Positions 1-12,000 of a DNA stretch of 64,000 nt are shown here, piece after piece. The stretch lies in the NCBI RefSeq assembly GCF_963921235.1, contig NC_086097.1, positions 183,274,001 through 183,338,000 on the forward strand. The letters run 5' to 3'. Source of the DNA: Mobula hypostoma. Its lineage: Eukaryota. Every line of letters starts with the position of its first letter. The stretch's first letter is position 1. Both the position numbers and the translations under genes were made by a program. The notes beneath the pieces were generated by a model, which did not search any database, was not told the origin of the DNA, and saw only the letters and a program-made list of their open reading frames with translations.

Positions 1-3000
1 CTGCCTCCTGCCTCCTGCCAAGACTCGTCTCAAGTCTCTTGCCTCCTGCCTCCTGCCATGACTCACCTCGTCTCCAGCCTTCTGCCAAGCCTCACCTCAT
101 CTCCAGCCTCCTGCCTCCTGCCAATCCTCGACTCAAGTCTTCAGCCTCCTGCCTCCTGCCAAGCCACGCCTCAAGTTTCCAGCCTCCTGCCTCCTGCCAA
201 GCCTCGCCTCAAGTCTCCAGCCTCCTGCCTCCTGCCAAGCCTCACCTCAAGTCTCTGCCTCCTGCCTCTTGCAAAACTCGCCTCAAGTCTCTAGCCTCCT
301 GCCAAGCCTCGCATCAAGTCTCCAGCCTGCTGCCTCCTGCCAAGACTCATCTCAAGACTCCAGCCTCCTGCCTCCTGCCAAGCCTCGCCTTGTCTCTAGC
401 CTCCTACCTCCTGCCAAGCCTCGCCTCAAATCTCTAGCCTCCAGCCTCCTGCCAAGCCTCGCCTCAAGTCTCCAGCCTCCTGCTTCCTTCCAAGCCTCGC
501 CTGAAGTCTCTGCCTCCTGCCTCCTGCCAAGACTCGTCTCAAGTCTCTTGCCTCCTGCCAAGCCTCGCATCATGTCTCCAGCCTCCTGCCTCCTGCCAAA
601 ACTCATCTCGTCTCCAGCCTCCTTCCTCCTGCCAAGCCTCGCCTCGTCTCCAGCCTCCTGCGTTCTGCCAAGCCTCACCTCAAGTCTCTAGCCTCCTGCC
701 TCCTGCCAAGCCTCGCCTCAAGTCTCCAGCCTCCTGCCTCCTGCCAAGCCTCACCTCAGGTCTCTGCCTCCTGCCTCTTGCAAAACTCGCCTCAAGTCTC
801 TAGCCTCCTGCCAAGCCTCGCATCAAGTCTCCAGCCTCCTGCCTCCTGCCAAGACTCATCTCAAGAATCCAGCCTCATGCTTCCTGCAAAGCCTCGCGTC
901 AAGTCTCTGCCTCCTGCCTCCTGCCACCTCGCCTCAAGTCTGCAGCCACCTGCTAAGCCTTGCCTCAAGTCTCTAGCCTCCTGCCAAGCCTCGCATCGTC
1001 TCCAGCCTCCTGCCAAGCTTCGCCTCGTCTCCAGCCTCCTGCCTCCTGCCAAGCCTCAGCTCGTCTCCAGCCTCCTGCCAAGCCTCGCCTCATCTCTAGC
1101 CTCCTGCCAAGCCTCGCCTCGTCTCCAGCATCCTGCCAAGACTCGCCTCAAGTCTCCAGCCTCCTGCCAAGCCTCACCTCAAGTCTCCAGCCTCCTGCCT
1201 CTCCTCAAGTCTCTGCCTCCTGCCTCCTGCCATGACTCACCTCGTCTCCAGCCTTCTGCCAAGCCTCACCTCATCTCCAGCCTCCTGCCTCCTGCCAATC
1301 CTCGACTCAAGTCTTCAGCCTCCTGCCTCCTGCCAAGCCACGCCTCAAGTTTCCAGCCTCCTGCCTCCTGCCAAGCCTCGCCTCAAGTCTCCAGCCTCCT
1401 GCCTCCTGCCAAGCCTCACCTCAAGTCTCTGCCTCCTGCCTCTTGCAAAACTCGCCTCAAGTCTCTAGCCTCCTGCCTCCTGCCAAGCCTCGCCTCAAGT
1501 CTCTAGCCTCCTGCCTCCTGCCAAGCCTCGCCTCAAGTCTCTAGCCTCCTGCCTCCTGCCAAGCCTCGCCTCAAGTCTCTAGCCTCCTGCCTCCTGCCAA
1601 GCCTCGCCTCAAGTCTCTAGCCTCCTGCCTCCTGCCAAGCCTCGCCTCAAGTCTCTAGCCTCCTGCCTCCTGCCAAGCCTTGCCTCAAGTCTCTAGCCTC
1701 CAGCCAAGCCTGGCCTCAAGTCTCTAGCCTCCTGCCTCCTTCCAAGCCTCGCCTCAAGTCTCTAGCCTCCTGCCTCCTGCCGAGCCTCGCCTCAAGTCTC
1801 TAGCCTCCTGCCTAGCCTCGCCTCGTCTCTAGCCTCCTGCCAAGCCTCGCATCAAGTCTCCAGCCTCCTGCGTCCTGCCAAGCCTCGCCTCAAGTCTCTA
1901 GCCTCCTACCTCCTGCCAAGCCTCGCCTCAAGTCTCCAGCCTCCTACCTCCTGCCAAGCCTCGCCTCAAGTCTCCAGCCCCCTGCCTCCTGCCAAGCCTC
2001 ACCTCATCTCCAGCCTCCTGCCTCCTGCCAAGCCTCGCCTCAAGTCTCTAGCCTCCTGCCTCCTGCCAAGCCTCGCCTCAAGTCTCTAGCCTCCTACCTC
2101 CTGCCAAGACTCGCCTGAAGCCTCTAGCCTCCTGCCTCCTGCAAAGCCTCGTCTCGTCTCTAGCATACTGCCAAGCGTCGCATCAAGTCTCCAGCCTCCT
2201 TCCTCCAGCCAAGCCTCACCTCAAGTCTCTAGCCTCCTACCAAGCCTCGCCTCAAGTCTCCTGCCTCCTGCCAAGTCACGCCTCACATCTCCAGCCTCCT
2301 GCCAAGCCTCACCTCAAGTCTCCAGCCTCCTGTCTGCTGCCAAGCCTCGCCTCAAGTCTGCAGCCTCATGCTTCCTGCAAAGCCTCGCGTCAAGTCTCTG
2401 CCTCCTGCCTCCTGCCACCTCGCCTCAAGTCTGCAGCCACCTGCTAAGCCTTGCCTCAAGTCTCTAGCCTCCTGCCAAGCCTCGCATCGTCTCCAGCCTC
2501 CTGCCTCCTGCCAAGCTTCGCCTCGTCTCCAGCCTCCTGCCTCCTGCCAAGCCTCAGCTCGTCTCCAGCCTCCTGCCAAGCCTCGCCTCATCTCTAGCCT
2601 CCTGCCAAGCCTCGCCTCGTCTCCAGCATCCTGCCAAGACTCGCCTCAAGTCTCCAGCCTCCTGCCAAGCCTCACCTCAAGTCTCCAGCCTCCTGCCTCT
2701 CCTCAAGTCTCTGCCTCCTGCCTCCTGCCATGACTCACCTCGTCTCCAGCCTTCTGCCAAGCCTCACCTCATCTCCAGCCTCCTGCCTCCTGCCAATCCT
2801 CGACTCAAGTCTTCAGCCTCCTGCCTCCTGCCAAGCCACGCCTCAAGTTTCCAGCCTCCTGCCTCCTGCCAAGCCTCGCCTCAAGTCTCCAGCCTCCTGC
2901 CTCCTGCCAAGCCTCACCTCAAGTCTCTGCCTCCTGCCTCTTGCAAAACTCGCCTCAAGTCTCTAGCCTCCTGCCTCCTGCCAAGCCTCGCCTCAAGTCT

Positions 3001-6000
3001 CTAGCCTCCTGCCTCCTGCCAAGCCTCACCTCAAGTCTCTGCCTCCTGCCTCTTGCAAAACTCGCCTCAAGTCTCTAGCCTCCTGCCAAGCCTCGCATCA
3101 AGTCTCCAGCCTCCTGCCTCCTGCCAAGACTCATCTCAAGGCTCCAGCCTCCTGCCTCCTGCCAAGCCTCGCCTTGTCTCTAGCCTCCTACCTCCTGCCA
3201 AGCCTCGCCTCAAGTCTCTAGCCTCCTGCCTCCTGCCAAGCCTCGCCTCAAGTCTCTAGCCTCCTGCCTCCTGCCAAGCCTCGCCTCAAGTCTCTAGCCT
3301 CCTGCCTCCTGCCAAGCCTTGCCTCAAGTCTCTAGCCTCCAGCCAAGCCTGGCCTCAAGTCTCTAGCCTCCTGCCTCCTTCCAAGCCTCGCCTCAAGTCT
3401 CTAGCCTCCTGCCTCCTGCCAAGCCTCGCCTCAAGTCTCTAGCCTCCTGCCTAGCCTCGCCTCGTCTCTAGCCTCCTGCCAAGCCTCGCATCAAGTCTCC
3501 AGCCTCCTGCGTCCTGCCAAGCCTCGCCTCAAGTCTCTAGCCTCCTACCTCCTGCCAAGCCTCGCCTCAAGTCTCCAGCCTCCTACCTCCTGCCAAGCCT
3601 CGCCTCAAGTCTCCAGCCCCCTGCCTCCTGCCAAGCCTCACCTCATCTCCAGCCTCCTGCCTCCTGCCAAGCCTCGCCTCAAGTCTCTAGCCTCCTGCCT
3701 CCTGCCAAGCCTCGCCTCAAGTCTCTAGCCTCCTACCTCCTGCCAAGACTCGCCTGAAGCCTCTAGCCTCCTGCCTCCTGCAAAGCCTCGTCTCGTCTCT
3801 AGCATACTGCCAAGCGTCGCATCAAGTCTCCAGCCTCCTTCCTCCAGCCAAGCCTCACCTCAAGTCTCTAGCCTCCTACCAAGCCTTGCCTCAAGTCTCC
3901 TGCCTCCTGCCAAGTCACGCCTCACATCTCCAGCCTCCTGCCAAGCCTCACCTCAAGTCTCCAGCCTCCTGTCCGCTGCCAAGCCTCGCCTCAAGTCTGC
4001 AGCCTCATGCTTCCTGCAAAGCCTCGCGTCAAGTCTCTGCCTCCTGCCTCCTGCCACCTCGCCTCAAGTCTGCAGCCACCTGCTAAGCCTTGCCTCAAGT
4101 CTCTAGCCTCCTGCCAAGCCTCGCATCGTCTCCAGCCTCCTGCCTCCTGCCAAGCTTCGCCTCGTCTCCAGCCTCCTGCCTCCTGCCAAGCCTCACCTCG
4201 TCTCCAGCCTCCTGCCAAGCCTCGCCTCATCTCCAGCCTCCTGCCAAGCCTCGCCTCGTCTCCAGCATCCTGCCAAGACTCGCCTCAAGTCTCCAGCCTC
4301 CTGCCAAGCCTCACCTCAAGTCTCCAGCCTCCTGCCTCTCCTCAAGTCTCTGCCTCCTGCCTCCTGCCATGACTCACCTCGGCTCCAGCCTTCTGCCAAG
4401 CCTCACCTCATCTCCAGCCTCCTGCCTCCTGCCAATCCTCGACTCAAGTCTTCAGCTTCCTGCCTCCTGCCAAGCCACGCCTCAAGTTTCCAGCCTCCAG
4501 CCTCCTGCCAAGCCTCGCTTCAAGTCTCCAGCCTCCTGCCTCCTGCCAAGCCTCACCTCAAGTCTCTGCCTCCTGCCTCTTGCAAAACTCGCCTCAAGTC
4601 TCTAGCCTCCTGCCAAGCCTCGCATCAAGTCTCCAACCTCCTGCCTCCTGCCAAGACTCATCTCAAGGCTCCAGCCTTCTGCCTCTCCTCAAGTCTCTGC
4701 CTCCTGCCTCCTGCCATGACTCACCTCGTCTCCAGCCTCCTTCCTCCTGCCAAGCCTCACCTCATCTCCAGCCTCCTGCCTCCTGCCAATCCTCGACTCA
4801 AGTCTTCAGCCTCCTGCCTCCTGCCAAGCCACGCCTCAAGTTTCCAGACTCCTGCCTCCTGCCAAGCCTCGCCTCAAGTCTCCAGCCTCCTGCCTCCTGC
4901 CAAGCCTCACCTCAAGTCTCTGCCTCCTGCCTCTTGCAAGCCTCGCCTCAAGTCTCCAGCCCCCTGCCTCCTGCCAAGCCTCACCTCATCTCCAGCCTCC
5001 TGCCTCCTGCCAAGCCTCGCCTCAAGTCTCTAGCCTCCTGCCTCCTGCCAAGCCTCGCCTCAAGTCTCTAGCCTCCTACCTCCTGCCAAGACTCGCCTGA
5101 AGCCTCTAGCCTCCTGCCTCCTGCAAAGCCTCGTCTCGTCTCTAGCATACTGCCAAGCGTCGCATCAAGTCTCCAGCCTCCTTCCTCCAGCCAAGCCTCA
5201 CCTCAAGTCTCTAGCCTCCTACCAAGCCTTGCCTCAAGTCTCCTGCCTCCTGCCAAGTCACGCCTCACATCTCCAGCCTCCTGCCAAGCCTCACCTCAAG
5301 TCTCCAGCCTCCTGTCCGCTGCCAAGCCTCGCCTCAAGTCTGCAGCCTCATGCTTCCTGCAAAGCCTCGCGTCAAGTCTCTGCCTCCTGCCTCCTGCCAC
5401 CTCGCCTCAAGTCTGCAGCCACCTGCTAAGCCTTGCCTCAAGTCTCTAGCCTCCTGCCAAGCCTCGCATCGTCTCCAGCCTCCTGCCTCCTGCCAAGCTT
5501 CGCCTCGTCTCCAGCCTCCTGCCTCCTGCCAAGCCTCACCTCGTCTCCAGCCTCCTGCCAAGCCTCGCCTCATCTCCAGCCTCCTGCCAAGCCTCGCCTC
5601 GTCTCCAGCATCCTGCCAAGACTCGCCTCAAGTCTCCAGCCTCCTGCCAAGCCTCACCTCAAGTCTCCAGCCTCCTGCCTCTCCTCAAGTCTCTGCCTCC
5701 TGCCTCCTGCCATGACTCACCTCGTCTCCAGCCTTCTGCCAAGCCTCACCTCATCTCCAGCCTCCTGCCTCCTGCCAATCCTCGACTCAAGTCTTCAGCT
5801 TCCTGCCTCCTGCCAAGCCACGCCTCAAGTTTCCAGCCTCCAGCCTCCTGCCAAGCCTCGCTTCAAGTCTCCAGCCTCCTGCCTCCTGCCAAGCCTCACC
5901 TCAAGTCTCTGCCTCCTGCCTCTTGCAAAACTCGCCTCAAGTCTCTAGCCTCCTGCCAAGCCTCGCATCAAGTCTCCAACCTCCTGCCTCCTGCCAAGAC

Positions 6001-9000
6001 TCATCTCAAGGCTCCAGCCTTCTGCCTCTCCTCAAGTCTCTGCCTCCTGCCTCCTGCCATGACTCACCTCGTCTCCAGCCTCCTTCCTCCTGCCAAGCCT
6101 CACCTCATCTCCAGCCTCCTGCCTCCTGCCAATCCTCGACTCAAGTCTTCAGCCTCCTGCCTCCTGCCAAGCCACGCCTCAAGTTTCCAGACTCCTGCCT
6201 CCTGCCAAGCCTCGCCTCAAGTCTCCAGCCTCCTGCCTCCTGCCAAGCCTCACCTCAAGTCTCTGCCTCCTGCCTCTTGCAAAACTCGCCTCAAGTCTCT
6301 AGCCTCCTGCCAAGCCTCGCATCAAGTCTCCAGCCTCCTGCCTCCTGCCAAGACTCATCTCAAGGCTCCAGCCTCCTGCCTCCTGCCAAGCCTCGCCTTG
6401 TCTCTAGCCTCCTACCTCCTGCCAAGCCTCGCCTCAAATCTCTAGCCTCCAGCCTCCTGCCAAGCCTCGCCTCAAGTCTCCAGCCTCCTGCTTCCTTCCA
6501 AGCCTCGCCTGAAGTCTCTGCCTCCTGCCTCCTGCCAAGACTCGTCTCAAGTCTCTTGCCTCCTGCCTCCTGCCATGACTCACCTCGTCTCCAGCCTTCT
6601 GCCAAGCCTCACCTCATCTCCAGCCTCCTGCCTCCTGCCAATCCTCGACTCAAGTCTTCAGCCTCCTGCCTCCTGCCAAGCCACGCCTCAAGTTTCCAGC
6701 CTCCTGCCTCCTGCCAAGCCTCGCCTCAAGTCTCCAGCCTCCTGCCTCCTGCCAAGCCTCACCTCAAGTCTCTGCCTCCTGCCTCTTGCAAAACTCGCCT
6801 CAAGTCTCTAGCCTCCTGCCAAGCCTCGCATCAAGTCTCCAGCCTGCTGCCTCCTGCCAAGACTCATCTCAAGACTCCAGCCTCCTGCCTCCTGCCAAGC
6901 CTCGCCTTGTCTCTAGCCTCCTACCTCCTGCCAAGCCTCGCCTCAAATCTCTAGCCTCCAGCCTCCTGCCAAGCCTCGCCTCAAGTCTCCAGCCTCCTGC
7001 TTCCTTCCAAGCCTCGCCTGAAGTCTCTGCCTCCTGCCTCCTGCCAAGACTCGTCTCAAGTCTCTTGCCTCCTGCCAAGCCTCGCATCATGTCTCCAGCC
7101 TCCTGCCTCCTGCCAAAACTCATCTCGTCTCCAGCCTCCTTCCTCCTGCCAAGCCTCGCCTCGTCTCCAGCCTCCTGCGTTCTGCCAAGCCTCACCTCAA
7201 GTCTCTAGCCTCCTGCCTCCTGCCAAGCCTCGCCTCAAGTCTCCAGCCTCCTGCCTCCTGCCAAGCCTCACCTCAGGTCTCTGCCTCCTGCCTCTTGCAA
7301 AACTCGCCTCAAGTCTCTAGCCTCCTGCCAAGCCTCGCATCAAGTCTCCAGCCTCCTGCCTCCTGCCAAGACTCATCTCAAGAATCCAGCCTCATGCTTC
7401 CTGCAAAGCCTCGCGTCAAGTCTCTGCCTCCTGCCTCCTGCCACCTCGCCTCAAGTCTGCAGCCACCTGCTAAGCCTTGCCTCAAGTCTCTAGCCTCCTG
7501 CCAAGCCTCGCATCGTCTCCAGCCTCCTGCCAAGCTTCGCCTCGTCTCCAGCCTCCTGCCTCCTGCCAAGCCTCAGCTCGTCTCCAGCCTCCTGCCAAGC
7601 CTCGCCTCATCTCTAGCCTCCTGCCAAGCCTCGCCTCGTCTCCAGCATCCTGCCAAGACTCGCCTCAAGTCTCCAGCCTCCTGCCAAGCCTCACCTCAAG
7701 TCTCCAGCCTCCTGCCTCTCCTCAAGTCTCTGCCTCCTGCCTCCTGCCATGACTCACCTCGTCTCCAGCCTTCTGCCAAGCCTCACCTCATCTCCAGCCT
7801 CCTGCCTCCTGCCAATCCTCGACTCAAGTCTTCAGCCTCCTGCCTCCTGCCAAGCCACGCCTCAAGTTTCCAGCCTCCTGCCTCCTGCCAAGCCTCGCCT
7901 CAAGTCTCCAGCCTCCTGCCTCCTGCCAAGCCTCACCTCAAGTCTCTGCCTCCTGCCTCTTGCAAAACTCGCCTCAAGTCTCTAGCCTCCTGCCTCCTGC
8001 CAAGCCTCGCCTCAAGTCTCTAGCCTCCTGCCTCCTGCCAAGCCTCGCCTCAAGTCTCTAGCCTCCTGCCTCCTGCCAAGCCTCGCCTCAAGTCTCTAGC
8101 CTCCTGCCTCCTGCCAAGCCTCGCCTCAAGTCTCTAGCCTCCTGCCTCCTGCCAAGCCTCGCCTCAAGTCTCTAGCCTCCTGCCTCCTGCCAAGCCTTGC
8201 CTCAAGTCTCTAGCCTCCAGCCAAGCCTGGCCTCAAGTCTCTAGCCTCCTGCCTCCTTCCAAGCCTCGCCTCAAGTCTCTAGCCTCCTGCCTCCTGCCGA
8301 GCCTCGCCTCAAGTCTCTAGCCTCCTGCCTAGCCTCGCCTCGTCTCTAGCCTCCTGCCAAGCCTCGCATCAAGTCTCCAGCCTCCTGCGTCCTGCCAAGC
8401 CTCGCCTCAAGTCTCTAGCCTCCTACCTCCTGCCAAGCCTCGCCTCAAGTCTCCAGCCTCCTACCTCCTGCCAAGCCTCGCCTCAAGTCTCCAGCCCCCT
8501 GCCTCCTGCCAAGCCTCACCTCATCTCCAGCCTCCTGCCTCCTGCCAAGCCTCGCCTCAAGTCTCTAGCCTCCTGCCTCCTGCCAAGCCTCGCCTCAAGT
8601 CTCTAGCCTCCTACCTCCTGCCAAGACTCGCCTGAAGCCTCTAGCCTCCTGCCTCCTGCAAAGCCTCGTCTCGTCTCTAGCATACTGCCAAGCGTCGCAT
8701 CAAGTCTCCAGCCTCCTTCCTCCAGCCAAGCCTCACCTCAAGTCTCTAGCCTCCTACCAAGCCTCGCCTCAAGTCTCCTGCCTCCTGCCAAGTCACGCCT
8801 CACATCTCCAGCCTCCTGCCAAGCCTCACCTCAAGTCTCCAGCCTCCTGTCTGCTGCCAAGCCTCGCCTCAAGTCTGCAGCCTCATGCTTCCTGCAAAGC
8901 CTCGCGTCAAGTCTCTGCCTCCTGCCTCCTGCCACCTCGCCTCAAGTCTGCAGCCACCTGCTAAGCCTTGCCTCAAGTCTCTAGCCTCCTGCCAAGCCTC

Positions 9001-12000
9001 GCATCGTCTCCAGCCTCCTGCCTCCTGCCAAGCCTCAGCTCGTCTCCAGCCTCCTGCCAAGCCTCGCCTCATCTCTAGCCTCCTGCCAAGCCTCGCCTCG
9101 TCTCCAGCATCCTGCCAAGACTCGCCTCAAGTCTCCAGCCTCCTGCCAAGCCTCACCTCAAGTCTCCAGCCTCCTGCCTCTCCTCAAGTCTCTGCCTCCT
9201 GCCTCCTGCCATGACTCACCTCGTCTCCAGCCTTCTGCCAAGCCTCACCTCATCTCCAGCCTCCTGCCTCCTGCCAATCCTCGACTCAAGTCTTCAGCCT
9301 CCTGCCTCCTGCCAAGCCACGCCTCAAGTTTCCAGCCTCCTGCCTCCTGCCAAGCCTCGCCTCAAGTCTCCAGCCTCCTGCCTCCTGCCAAGCCTCACCT
9401 CAAGTCTCTGCCTCCTGCCTCTTGCAAAACTCGCCTCAAGTCTCTAGCCTCCTGCCTCCTGCCAAGCCTCGCCTCAAGTCTCTAGCCTCCTGCCTCCTGC
9501 CAAGCCTCGCCTCAAGTCTCTAGCCTCCTGCCTCCTGCCAAGCCTCGCCTCAAGTCTCTAGCCTCCTGCCTCCTGCCAAGCCTCGCCTCAAGTCTCTAGC
9601 CTCCTGCCTCCTGCCAAGCCTCGCCTCAAGTCTCTAGCCTCCTGCCTCCTGCCAAGCCTTGCCTCAAGTCTCTAGCCTCCAGCCAAGCCTGGCCTCAAGT
9701 CTCTAGCCTCCTGCCTCCTTCCAAGCCTCGCCTCAAGTCTCTAGCCTCCTGCCTCCTGCCGAGCCTCGCCTCAAGTCTCTAGCCTCCTGCCTAGCCTCGC
9801 CTCGTCTCTAGCCTCCTGCCAAGCCTCGCATCAAGTCTCCAGCCTCCTGCGTCCTGCCAAGCCTCGCCTCAAGTCTCTAGCCTCCTACCTCCTGCCAAGC
9901 CTCGCCTCAAGTCTCCAGCCTCCTACCTCCTGCCAAGCCTCGCCTCAAGTCTCCAGCCCCCTGCCTCCTGCCAAGCCTCACCTCATCTCCAGCCTCCTGC
10001 CTCCTGCCAAGCCTCGCCTCAAGTCTCTAGCCTCCTGCCTCCTGCCAAGCCTCGCCTCAAGTCTCTAGCCTCCTACCTCCTGCCAAGACTCGCCTGAAGC
10101 CTCTAGCCTCCTGCCTCCTGCAAAGCCTCGTCTCGTCTCTAGCATACTGCCAAGCGTCGCATCAAGTCTCCAGCCTCCTTCCTCCAGCCAAGCCTCACCT
10201 CAAGTCTCTAGCCTCCTACCAAGCCTCGCCTCAAGTCTCCTGCCTCCTGCCAAGTCACGCCTCACATCTCCAGCCTCCTGCCAAGCCTCACCTCAAGTCT
10301 CCAGCCTCCTGTCTGCTGCCAAGCCTCGCCTCAAGTCTGCAGCCTCATGCTTCCTGCAAAGCCTCGCGTCAAGTCTCTGCCTCCTGCCTCCTGCCACCTC
10401 GCCTCAAGTCTGCAGCCACCTGCTAAGCCTTGCCTCAAGTCTCTAGCCTCCTGCCAAGCCTCGCCTCAAGTCTCCAGCCTCCTGCCTCCTGCCAAGCTTC
10501 GCCTCAAGTCTCCAGCCTCCTGCCTCCTGCCAAGCCTCACCTCCTCTCCAGCCTCCTGCCAAGCCTCGCCTCATCTCTAGCCTCCAGCCTCCTGCCAAGC
10601 CTCGCCTCGTCTCCAGCATCCTGCCAAGACTCGCCTCAAGTCTCCAGCCTCCTGCCAAGCCTCACCTCAAGTCTCCAGCCTCCTGCCTCTCCTCAAGTCT
10701 CTGCCTCCTGCCTCCTGCCATGACTCACCTCGTCTCCAGCCTTCTGCCAAGCCTCACCTCATCTCCAGCCTCCTGCCTCCTGCCAATCCTCGACTCAAGT
10801 CTTCAGCTTCCTGCCTCCTGCCAAGCCACGCCTCAAGTTTCCAGCCTCCTGCCTCCTGCCAAGCCTCGCTTCAAGTCTCCAGCCTCCTGCCTCCTGCCAA
10901 GCCTCACCTCAAGTCTCTGCCTCCTGCCTCTTGCAAAACTCGCCTCAAGTCTCTAGCCTCCTGCCAAGCCTCGCATCAAGTCTCCAACCTCCTGCCTCCT
11001 GCCAAGACTCATCTCAAGGCTCCAGCCTTCTGCCTCTCCTCAAGTCTCTGCCTCCTGCCTCCTGCCATGACTCACCTCGTCTCCAGCCTCCTTCCTCCTG
11101 CCAAGCCTCACCTCATCTCCAGCCTCCTGCCTCCTGCCAATCCTCGACTCAAGTCTTCAGCCTCCTGCCTCCTGCCAAGCCACGCCTCAAGTTTCCAGAC
11201 TCCTGCCTCCTGCCAAGCCTCGCCTCAAGTCTCCAGCCTCCTGCCTCCTGCCAAGCCTCACCTCAAGTCTCTGCCTCCTGCCTCTTGCAAAACTCGCCTC
11301 AAGTCTCTAGCCTCCTGCCAAGCCTCGCATCAAGTCTCCAGCCTCCTGCCTCCTGCCAAGACTCATCTCAAGGCTCCAGCCTCCTGCCTCCTGCCAAGCC
11401 TCGCCTTGTCTCTAGCCTCCTACCTCCTGCCAAGCCTCGCCTCAAATCTCTAGCCTCCAGCCTCCTGCCAAGCCTCGCCTCAAGTCTCCAGCCTCCTGCT
11501 TCCTTCCAAGCCTCGCCTGAAGTCTCTGCCTCCTGCCTCCTGCCAAGACTCGTCTCAAGTCTCTTGCCTCCTGCCTCCTGCCATGACTCACCTCGTCTCC
11601 AGCCTTCTGCCAAGCCTCACCTCATCTCCAGCCTCCTGCCTCCTGCCAATCCTCGACTCAAGTCTTCAGCCTCCTGCCTCCTGCCAAGCCACGCCTCAAG
11701 TTTCCAGCCTCCTGCCTCCTGCCAAGCCTCGCCTCAAGTCTCCAGCCTCCTGCCTCCTGCCAAGCCTCACCTCAAGTCTCTGCCTCCTGCCTCTTGCAAA
11801 ACTCGCCTCAAGTCTCTAGCCTCCTGCCAAGCCTCGCATCAAGTCTCCAGCCTGCTGCCTCCTGCCAAGACTCATCTCAAGACTCCAGCCTCCTGCCTCC
11901 TGCCAAGCCTCGCCTTGTCTCTAGCCTCCTACCTCCTGCCAAGCCTCGCCTCAAATCTCTAGCCTCCAGCCTCCTGCCAAGCCTCGCCTCAAGTCTCCAG